A stretch of DNA of 50,210 bases from Patescibacteria group bacterium UBA5187 (GTDB lineage Bacteria; Patescibacteriota; Minisyncoccia; Phycocordibacterales; PALSA-1337). The position numbers were made by a program, and so were the translations under genes. Under the pieces are notes generated by a model. That model did not search any database. It was given only the letters and a program-made list of their open reading frames with translations, and had not been told where the DNA came from. The DNA is taken from positions 100,326 through 150,535 of the forward strand of contig DHWH01000015.1 of the NCBI GenBank assembly GCA_002413065.1. The letters run 5' to 3'. Shown in pieces: positions 37,180 through 44,348 of the stretch; positions within the stretch are counted from its first letter, which is position 1; each line of letters starts with the position of its first letter.

Positions 37180-37815
37180 ATGCGAAAGCATGTTCTGACT
37201 GTGGGCCTCTTGGCCCTTGGGGCACTTGATCTCTCACAGATCAGGCGCAAATTGCAGGAACCGTCCCCTGAAGGCAAGGGATAGGATGATAAGACAGCCA
37301 AGGAAGCTGAGATCTGGTATCGACGCTTTTTGGAAGTCTGCCTTCGACACCCGGAGTTTCCGGTTGTACCAAACTTCACTATTGATGCATTCTGGCATCA
37401 GCACATTCTCGATACGCGAGCATATGCGCACGATTGTGAAGCGGTGTTTGGAGAATTTCTCCATCACTATCCGTACTTCGGACTGAATGGTGACAGTGTT
37501 GAACGGGATGATGCATTCATCGAGACCAACCGCATGTACCGCGAAATCTTCGGCGAAGATTGCACTGGTATGGGTGAACGTGGCCAAGACTGCAATATGT
37601 CCGCGTGCCGGGCAGACGATGCGAAAATCATCAAACCGCAAACAATGACAGCGTCCGGTTGCGGTCATTCAGGATCAGGAACTGGTTGTGGCCAAGGAGG
37701 TCGTGGCGGACGGACACTTCCATCTGAGCGCATTGCCGGCAAAGCTGCTGGTTGCACACCGCCAAGTTGCCATCCTCAACGCGCGGACTTCGGGCGACCC
37801 CTCGTTCTTGTGTAA
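37180..37815 (+). pseudogene. GRDP-like (DUF1399-type) protein with Cys/Gly-rich tail, interrupted by an in-frame TAG
   Basis: ATG at 37180 is preceded by AGAAGGAA (37164-37171). The frame runs to TAG at 37282-37284 and continues in the same frame into EAEIWYRRFLEVCLRHPEFPVVPNFTIDAFWHQHILDTRAYAHDCEAVFGEFLHHYPYFG. The only in-frame start codon after the TAG and upstream of the conserved domain core is the TTG at 37330, which lies inside the domain and has no SD. Confidence 0.5.
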
Positions 37816-37853
37816 GGTAGCACGGGTGTACTGAACTCGAATAGACAAGCTAC

Positions 37854-37883
37854 AGCTCCGCGGTCAGACTTCGGAGCTTTTTA
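37854..37883 (+). terminator. intrinsic terminator after the GRDP-like gene
   Basis: AGCTCCG-11 nt-CGGAGCT followed by TTTTATT. Confidence 0.7.
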
Positions 37884-37910
37884 TTACAAATTACTTTTCA
37901 CTTTATTTTT

Positions 37911-38477
37911 ATGAAAATAACTTTTATCTTTTCACCCCAATATGAAGCTGTTATATCTGCAAAAGCGGTTCCTTTTTCTATAGGCTCAAAAGCTTCTTCA
38001 GCCATTTCTGCTGCATGGAAAAAAGAAAGGCGCACCATTGAGAAAGCTCTTTTCAGAGCAACTGGCCTGCATTTTCAAAAGAAAGATCTCATTTGTTATA
38101 TCAATTCCCGCGCTTCCCTATCCAATCCTTTATCCCTCAAGATTTCAAGCATCACAGAAGTGATGTGCGACAATCTCATTCATGAACTCGTACATGTGCT
38201 TTTAACACAAAATCTGAACATTATCGGAAAGGACATAGAAAAATTCCATGACTCATTCAAAGAATACAATTTCACTACGCGGATTCATATTCTCGTTCAC
38301 GCGATTCATTTTGAAGTGACGCGCTCTATATATCCGCAACGGGTACGTTCAGTTCTTTCATACGCCAGAAGCAAAGACTACCGCACTTCGTGGAAAATAG
38401 TAAAAGAAGTCGGTGCACAAAAGATTATCACTATGGTACTTAAAAATAACCCGAAACTAGCGACTAAAAATCAATAA
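37911..38477 (+). CDS. hypothetical protein with HExxH motif (possible zinc metallopeptidase)
   Basis: CDNLIHELVHVLLTQ. No other family signature recognised. Its 3' end overlaps the convergent XRE gene by 14 nt. Confidence 0.45.
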   Translation: MKITFIFSPQYEAVISAKAVPFSIGSKASSAISAAWKKERRTIEKALFRATGLHFQKKDLICYINSRASLSNPLSLKISSITEVMCDNLIHELVHVLLTQNLNIIGKDIEKFHDSFKEYNFTTRIHILVHAIHFEVTRSIYPQRVRSVLSYARSKDYRTSWKIVKEVGAQKIITMVLKNNPKLATKNQ

Positions 38478-38685
38478 GATCTCTAACCGGCAAACCGAGA
38501 GCATCAGCAAATCTTTTTAGGTTGTAGAGCGTGATATTTTTCTCCCCACGTTCGATCATGCCAACATATGTCCGGTGAACTTTTGCGAGTTTTCCGAATT
38601 GTTCCTGTGAAACACCCATTTTTTCCCTTTCCTGACGGATCTTCTTGCCCAAGAATATGAGGAATTGTTTTTGAGGGTTGGCCAT
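38464..38685 (-). CDS. XRE-family helix-turn-helix transcriptional regulator
   Basis: KIRQEREKMGVSQEQFGKLAKVHRTYVGMIERGEKNITLYNLKRFADALGLPVRDLI. Confidence 0.85.
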   Translation of the reverse strand: MANPQKQFLIFLGKKIRQEREKMGVSQEQFGKLAKVHRTYVGMIERGEKNITLYNLKRFADALGLPVRDLIDF

Positions 38686-38694
38686 TAATGTAAA

Positions 38695-39197
38695 TTATGA
38701 CACCAGCAAAACTCCTATAGTCCAGATGATCGTAATAATAGTGAGAATCATCGCTTCACGAAGCGCTTTATATTTTTTAGAAGCGACAGCGGCCAGATCA
38801 TGCGCGTTCATATACGAATTTGCTATAACTTCGTCGGCGGTCAGTTTGGAACCGCGGGCAATATATTCTTCACGAGACGATCCGGCAATATTTTGAAAAT
38901 ATGTCATGCTGTCACCACCTCCTTTTTTTGAAATACGAGGATACACCACGCGCAAGATAGCTTTCATGCTGAGGAGAATCATTACGACCGATACGCCGAG
39001 AATGAATGCCAAGAAGGATGCGAGACGCCCACGACTGCTTTGAGACTATTCAACCTGCTCAGCAAAGCACCGGTGACTATGCCGAGAATGCCCAGAACAC
39101 CGACAGCTTTTGTATCGGCCTGCTTGATCTGATCTGCAATGGCAGATGCAATGAATTTTGGAAAGTCACCTAGTATTTTGCGGTCTTCTGAAGGCAT
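38695..39197 (-). pseudogene. Pycsar-effector-like (PycTM/DUF5706-like) membrane protein split by a frameshift
   Basis: ORF 38982..39197 carries IKQADTKAVGVLGILGIVTGALL (AD-x-KA plus TM1). ORF 38695..39012, in another frame, carries TM2 plus VVYPRISKKGGGDSMTYFQNIAGSSREEYI...AAVASKKYKALREAMILTIITIIW. Together they make one domain. The two frames overlap at 38982-39012. Confidence 0.5.
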
Positions 39198-39222
39198 GGG
39201 GATAAATTTTACTAATAAATTG

Positions 39223-39293
39223 TGCGGGATGGGAGAATCGAACTCCCAACCACAGTTTGGAAAACTGTTATTATACCATTTAACTAATCCCGC
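39223..39293 (-). tRNA. tRNA-Gly (anticodon UCC), no encoded CCA
   Basis: Hand-folded cloverleaf: GCGGGAT acceptor, anticodon arm ACAGT-TTTCCAA-ACTGT, T arm GGGAG-TTCGATT-CTCCC, discriminator A. Confidence 0.93.
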
Positions 39294-39338
39294 TTATTTT
39301 TCATACTAGCAGATTAAAATCTCTTTGAGAACCTGCAT

Positions 39339-39803
39339 CTACTTCTTTCCATTTCCTTCGTGATACTCCTCCTGGTGCTCTTTGCTCAGATGCTCCACGA
39401 AATCATTGATCTTATCAACTTCTTTTTTCATCTGCGTAACAGTCGTGCGAAGTTCGACAATTTTTTCTTCTTCCTCTTTCACCTCTTTCTCCGTCCTGTC
39501 GGTCGTTTTCTTCTCCCCCTTCATTCCGCTGATGAGGATCGTATCGCCGATAAAATATGATACGAACAATCCGGTCGCCAAAAGCACCAACGCGACGATC
39601 GCAAGACTTGTCGGCTCGTAAAAGAGCCAGCCCAACAAACCCCCTTGGGCTTGTAAAATGTCTGCCGTATGCCACACACCGCGCCAGAATAGTACGATGG
39701 CGACACCTCCCACGAGTGTATAGAGAATCGGATATCGACTCAAGTGGCCGCGGATATAATCTTCAAACTTATCGAAGAATGTAAATACTTTTTTGATTAT
39801 CAT
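39339..39803 (-). CDS. membrane protein with C-terminal coiled coil, hypothetical
   Basis: Start at the ATG 39801-39803 (MIIKKVFTFFDKF...). The longer ORF would run into tRNA-Pro. 2-3 TM helices then EKEVKEEEEKIVELRTTVTQMKKEVDK. Confidence 0.55.
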   Translation of the reverse strand: MIIKKVFTFFDKFEDYIRGHLSRYPILYTLVGGVAIVLFWRGVWHTADILQAQGGLLGWLFYEPTSLAIVALVLLATGLFVSYFIGDTILISGMKGEKKTTDRTEKEVKEEEEKIVELRTTVTQMKKEVDKINDFVEHLSKEHQEEYHEGNGKK

Positions 39804-39819
39804 AATAATCCTTACCTTG

Positions 39820-39892
39820 TCGGAGCGCCGGGATTCGAACCCGGAGTCACCTGTTCCCAAAACAGGGATGTTAGCCGTTACACCACGCTCCG
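39820..39892 (-). tRNA. tRNA-Pro (anticodon UGG), no encoded CCA
   Basis: CGGAGCG acceptor, anticodon arm CCTGT-TTTGGGA-ACAGG, T arm CCGGG-TTCGAAT-CCCGG. Confidence 0.93.
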
Positions 39893-39912
39893 TCGTATTG
39901 AGATTTATACTA

Positions 39913-40308
39913 TCACAGAATAAGGTTTTTAATCCACTTTATTCGTGCTTTTCTGGTTGAAAGGTCCATGTACACGCAAAGAACGTGAAATTGAAACTCT
40001 GCCTCCGACTCTCCGCTCAATCCTCTCTTTTTTTGAGCTAAATAGGTTTGTATAATTCTACGGAGGCGTTTTGACTTCAAACCATGCACATTATCTTCCG
40101 GCCTATGTGAAGTAGTAGCTGTTGTTACGCTTTTTACCTCAAAAAAGTGAAGTACTTTGTCTTTTACAGCCACAATATCCAATTCTCCCCACGCTTTTCG
40201 ATAATTTCGATCGATAATTTTAAAACCTTTATTTTTGAGATAGGAGCATGATATCTCCTCGCCTATATCCCCTTTTGCTTTAGTATGTAAGAGAATCTCT
40301 GTGTTCAT
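39913..40308 (-). CDS. yraN: YraN family (UPF0102) endonuclease-like protein
   Basis: GDIGEEISCSYLKNKGFKIIDRNYRKAWGELDIVAVKDKVLHFFEVKS. Confidence 0.85.
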   Translation of the reverse strand: MNTEILLHTKAKGDIGEEISCSYLKNKGFKIIDRNYRKAWGELDIVAVKDKVLHFFEVKSVTTATTSHRPEDNVHGLKSKRLRRIIQTYLAQKKRGLSGESEAEFQFHVLCVYMDLSTRKARIKWIKNLIL

Positions 40309-40444
40309 TTTTAAATATCAGCTTTAGTACATAGCTTATAAAACAAGGACATTGACCTTAAAATCTACGATAATTAGCCATATTTGGTGTCTTTTATGCA
40401 CCTAATCCACAGACTTATCCCCATAATTGTCTTTTACTTCTATG

Positions 40445-40515
40445 TGCGGGCAGGGAGAATCGAACTCCCATTTTATCGTTGGCAACGATACATTCTACCA
40501 TTAAATTATGCCCGC
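40445..40515 (-). tRNA. tRNA-Gly (anticodon GCC), no encoded CCA
   Basis: GCGGGCA acceptor, anticodon arm TATCG-TTGCCAA-CGATA, T arm GGGAG-TTCGATT-CTCCC. Confidence 0.93.
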
Positions 40516-40533
40516 AGAATATTAAAAAGTATA

Positions 40534-41244
40534 TCAAACCTCCCCTGTAACGTATTTCTCCGAAGCAACTTCTTCACCCAAAAGCTCAATCCATTTCAAA
40601 ATTTTGTTTTTCAAGTATGCACTACTTAGAACAATATTGCAAACACCGTAATCAGGCTTAACAGAGCGCCGTTTGAGGTTATTTTTGAGATTACTATCTG
40701 AACTATTCCCTTTAATCCGGCTGCTTTTACCGAATAATTCATATTTAAAGCCACATTTTTCACTCCAAACCGATTTGCAGGCATTTTCATCACGATCTTC
40801 ACGCAAAAGGAGGTACATTTTCTGTTTTTTTGATCCGCAGATGTTTTCCAGGAAATGATCCCATATCTTGATTACATTAAAATCACTGCTGGACACGGAA
40901 ATACGGTTTTTGGATGTTTTATCTCCATGCGCCCAATATACCATCACTCCCGTCATAAAAAGCGGATGAAACTTCAATTCATGGAAATCAACCAAAGCAT
41001 CCTGCTTTGCATCTTCATATATCTTCTTGAGGCGACTTCCCCGTACTGTATTCAAAACCATAAGCCTCATGGCGGCGCCATTTCTTGCCTTCAACACACA
41101 GTTCATGGCGATATCATTTGACCACTTTTGATCCCGAAACCAGTCGGAAAGCGTACTCAAAGGCACACCCATTCGATCTTTGATCTCAGAATAGGTCATT
41201 CCTGCCCTTCTCATTATTGTGGCTTGTTCCTTATCTTTTCTCAT
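40534..41244 (-). CDS. HTH-domain protein with uncharacterised ~170-aa C-terminal domain (weak homing-endonuclease-like flavour)
   Basis: N-terminal MRRAGMTYSEIKDRMGVPLSTLSDWF (resolvase/terminase-type HTH). C-terminal region contains GVMVYWAHGDKTSKNRISVSSSD...CNIVLSSAYLKNKILKWI. Start set to the ATG at 41242-41244. Confidence 0.45.
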   Translation of the reverse strand: MRKDKEQATIMRRAGMTYSEIKDRMGVPLSTLSDWFRDQKWSNDIAMNCVLKARNGAAMRLMVLNTVRGSRLKKIYEDAKQDALVDFHELKFHPLFMTGVMVYWAHGDKTSKNRISVSSSDFNVIKIWDHFLENICGSKKQKMYLLLREDRDENACKSVWSEKCGFKYELFGKSSRIKGNSSDSNLKNNLKRRSVKPDYGVCNIVLSSAYLKNKILKWIELLGEEVASEKYVTGEV

Positions 41245-41380
41245 ATACTTATATAATACTATAACAGTATATCGGATTTTAGCCAACAAAAATAGTCCTA
41301 AAAATACTTCCGTACTGAGACCGGATACAAGTCTTGAAAATCCAGGCGTCTACCCAGATTAATCGCGATTTAATTCATTG

Positions 41381-41452
41381 TGCGCCCAGAGGGATTCGAA
41401 CCCCCAACGACAGTTCCGAAGACTGTTGTGATATCCATTTCACCATGGGCGC
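41381..41452 (-). tRNA. tRNA-Arg (anticodon UCG), no encoded CCA
   Basis: GCGCCCA acceptor, anticodon arm ACAGT-CTTCGGA-ACTGT, T arm GGGGG-TTCGAAT-CCCTC. Confidence 0.92.
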
Positions 41453-41531
41453 GTGTCATAACGGATGATACCGCGTGTCGTACATCGTACATTAGTTTGG
41501 AAAAAATCCCAAATTATTGTACAATATTTTT

Positions 41532-43019
41532 ATGAAGATGCCGGAAAATAATCCAATACCTCCAGAAGTTGTCAATATTGTTGAGGCTCTGGAAAAAGCA
41601 GGGTATCAAGCCTGCTTGGTAGGCGGATGCGTGCGCGATATTTTTCTTGGCCGCATACCCAAAGATTGGGACATTACAACCAATGCCACTCCTGAACAGA
41701 TCCAACCTTTGTTCCCAAAAACAGTCTACGAGAATATATACGGCACAGTAGCGGTTATAAATGAGTTAGCGACTGACGAAAGGGTCAGAAACGTTGAAGT
41801 AACGCCATATCGCTTAGAATCAAGCTATTCTGACCGACGACACCCGGATAACGTTAAATTCAGCTCTAAAATCGAGGACGATCTTAAAAGACGTGATTTT
41901 ACTGTAAACGCCGTTGCTATAAGTCTTTCCAAAGGTGCTATAAAGGACATAATTGACCTTTATGGCGGATTTACTGACATAAGAGCCAAAACCATTAGAA
42001 CGGTGGGGAATCCTGATGACCGTTTCAATGAAGATGCCCTCCGTATGATGCGAGCCATAAGATTAGGCGTAGAACTGTGTTTCACGTGTAACCAAGACAC
42101 ATTCAAGGCCATCCAAAGCCAAAGTAAGCTCATAAAAGAAGTTTCGATTGAGAGGATACGTGACGAGTTCACAAAGATCATTATGTCTGATCATCCTATG
42201 AAAGGAATCGAGCTGCTTCATGAAGCCGGCCTACTTGCTCATATTGTTCCTGAACTCGAGAGGGGATTGGGAGTAAAGCAACCACAAGCACATGCTTATG
42301 ACGTGTGGGAACACCTTTTAAGAAGCTTACAACATGCGGCTGATAAGAAATGGGAGCTAGAAATAAGGCTAGCAGCCCTATTTCATGACATAGCAAAGCC
42401 AGAAACTAAGGGCTTTTCACATGAAACACAGCAACCGACGTTTTATGGCCATGAAGTAGTTGGTTCACGTGAAACACGTAAAATACTCGAAAGAATGAAG
42501 TTTTCACGTGTAACTATCGAAAAAGTGACCAAATTGGTCCGTTGGCATATGTTTTTCACAGATACTGCCACAATTACACTTTCAGCTGTTAGACGTATGA
42601 TAGTTAATGTTGGCAAGGAAAACATATGGGATCTCATGAATCTGAGGATTTGTGACCGTATAGGAACTGGCAGGCCCAAGGAAAACCCGTACCGACTTCG
42701 AAAATACAAATCGATGATCGAGGAAGCTCTGCGTGATCCAATTTCAGTAACTATGCTCAAAGTTGATGGTAGGAAGATAATGGAGATAGGAAAGATGGCA
42801 GCTGGACCAAAAATTGGCATGGTTCTCAATGCTTTATTGGAAGAAGTCCTTGAAGACCCTAAACTAAATACTGAAGAATACTTAACGAAGAAAACTTCGG
42901 AGCTATTGGCCATGCCTGAACAGGAATTAAAAAAACTTGCTGAAAAAGGTAAGGAGAAGAAAGAACAAAGTGAGGAAAAAGAGCTTGATGAAATCCGTCA
43001 AAAGCACCATGTCCTTTAG
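41532..43019 (+). CDS. cca: CCA-adding enzyme (tRNA nucleotidyltransferase, PolyA_pol head + HD domain)
   Basis: CLVGGCVRDIFLGRIPKDWDITT, RRDFTVNA, EDALRMMRAIRL, HD region LFHDIAKP. Confidence 0.9.
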   Translation: MKMPENNPIPPEVVNIVEALEKAGYQACLVGGCVRDIFLGRIPKDWDITTNATPEQIQPLFPKTVYENIYGTVAVINELATDERVRNVEVTPYRLESSYSDRRHPDNVKFSSKIEDDLKRRDFTVNAVAISLSKGAIKDIIDLYGGFTDIRAKTIRTVGNPDDRFNEDALRMMRAIRLGVELCFTCNQDTFKAIQSQSKLIKEVSIERIRDEFTKIIMSDHPMKGIELLHEAGLLAHIVPELERGLGVKQPQAHAYDVWEHLLRSLQHAADKKWELEIRLAALFHDIAKPETKGFSHETQQPTFYGHEVVGSRETRKILERMKFSRVTIEKVTKLVRWHMFFTDTATITLSAVRRMIVNVGKENIWDLMNLRICDRIGTGRPKENPYRLRKYKSMIEEALRDPISVTMLKVDGRKIMEIGKMAAGPKIGMVLNALLEEVLEDPKLNTEEYLTKKTSELLAMPEQELKKLAEKGKEKKEQSEEKELDEIRQKHHVL

Positions 43020-43080
43020 TTATCCCCAACTTTGTCCTTTACACTAACGGACATAGGACATACAATTATCCCAGACCAGT

Positions 43081-43460
43081 TTGTCATCCGAGGTGATCGC
43101 AGAATAATGTTCTACGATCGAGGCAAGCAACGTTCTTTCAAAAAAGCAGGGTAGGCTTCTCGTTTCGCTAGTTACTGAAGTCTGCGAAAAATTTTTGTCA
43201 TCCTTCCGTTGCTTAGGCCAATGGCGGTGTAGCTTTCTACAAATCACATCAATGTTCTCCTTTCAGGAGAGCGAACATTTAATCGGAAGTGCACATCGTC
43301 ACCTAACCATAGTACTCCGGTACAAGGAATGGTCTGGATGAAAGTGGGTTCTCCTTTGAATCCATCTGGTCTGTGGACCTAAGTTCTTTCATTTTTCGCG
43401 ATTTCAACAACCGCGCGTGCTCGGTTCCTCTTGAACCATAGTATGTGCGGTTTTTGTTTG
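43081..43460 (+). ncRNA. weak candidate ncRNA inside a 490-bp non-coding gap
   Basis: TTGTCA-N16-AATAAT (43081-43108). Several local hairpins (43256-43270; GGTTC-ctctt-GAACC 43424-43438). Stem AACCGC (43409-43414)/GCGGTT (43447-43452) followed by TTTGTTTG. No ORF of 60 aa or more in 43250-43500. Confidence 0.2.
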
Positions 43461-43509
43461 GCTCAGTTTTGTTGAGATATCAATATAACTGAGCCTTGCC
43501 CTCAAGTTT

Positions 43510-44304
43510 TTATTTGAGCACCAACTCAATAGGGCAGTGATCTGACCACATCACATTGTCCAAAATGCGAGTTTTTTCTACTTTTTTTAGCAAACCTGAT
43601 GAAACAAAGAAGTAATCGATGCGCCAGCCGACATTTCGCTCCCGGGCGAATGTTTTCATATCCCAATACGTATATTTTCCTACATCGGTTGGGTAAAAGT
43701 GCCTGAACGTATCTACATATCCATGTGCGACGACTTTATCCAGCCACGCACGTTCTACGGGCAAAAATCCGGTATTTCCTTCATTTTCTTTGGGGCGAGC
43801 GAGATCGATGGCGGTATGAGCGGTATTTATATCTCCACAAAAAATAATTTCGTAACCTTTTTTCTTCAGGTCATCAATGTAGTCTAGAAAAATATCATAA
43901 TATTTTAATTTGAATTTCAAACGTTCAGGACCGCCCCCGCCGTTAGGGAAATAGATGTTGAGAAGAGCAATTTTTGGAAACCCTTTTCCGAGACTACCTT
44001 CATTGAAAAATAAGGCCAGAAATCTGCCTTCCTGATCAAATTCGGGCTGATTCATGCCATATTCAACCTTTTCGGGCTTAATTTTTGTGTACACGGCAAC
44101 GCCGCTGTAACCTTTCCTGCCTTTTGAGTGATCGAAATAGGAGAAATATCCAGGTGGATTGCAGACGCCGTCTTCGAGCTGGCCTGCTTCTGCCTTAACT
44201 TCCTGAATACAGTATATATCGGGTGATTCGTTCAAAAACCAATCAAAGCCGCCTTTTTTTACGTTGGCCCGAAAGCCATTCACATTCCATGAAATGAATC
44301 TCAT
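43510..44304 (-). CDS. xth: exodeoxyribonuclease III (AP endonuclease)
   Basis: MRFISWNVNGFRA...IYCIQEVK...GDINTAHT..WSDHCPI. Confidence 0.93.
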   Translation of the reverse strand: MRFISWNVNGFRANVKKGGFDWFLNESPDIYCIQEVKAEAGQLEDGVCNPPGYFSYFDHSKGRKGYSGVAVYTKIKPEKVEYGMNQPEFDQEGRFLALFFNEGSLGKGFPKIALLNIYFPNGGGGPERLKFKLKYYDIFLDYIDDLKKKGYEIIFCGDINTAHTAIDLARPKENEGNTGFLPVERAWLDKVVAHGYVDTFRHFYPTDVGKYTYWDMKTFARERNVGWRIDYFFVSSGLLKKVEKTRILDNVMWSDHCPIELVLK

Positions 44305-44348
44305 GGGGTAAGTTTACAGCGCGGAGGATAAAGTGCAAATGTGGCGAA

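Noticed and set aside
37180-37284. 34-codon ORF considered as a double-glycine bacteriocin precursor for the adjacent C39-like peptidase.
   Set aside because: It lacks the LSxxELxxIxGG-type leader. It ends in GKG immediately before a TAG that is in frame with the GRDP-like domain, so it is more simply the N-terminus of that interrupted gene.
37234-37668. 144-aa minus-strand ORF.
   Set aside because: It is antisense to the GRDP-like gene in a G+C-rich stretch and has no motifs.
39804-39860. N-terminal extension (MGTGDSGFESRRSDKVRII) of ORF 39339-39860.
   Set aside because: The extension is the reverse complement of tRNA-Pro sequence. The internal ATG at 39803 is used instead.
40403-40423. 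Tandem DnaA-box-like 9-mers TAATCCACA and TTATCCCCA, considered as a possible oriC.
   Set aside because: There are only two boxes, no AT-rich unwinding element cluster, and no dnaA/dnaN nearby. This is treated as a weak observation under the DnaA-IV-like protein finding, not as an origin.
40384-40629. 81-aa plus-strand ORF.
   Set aside because: It runs across tRNA-Gly(GCC) on the opposite strand and into the 3' end of the HTH gene.
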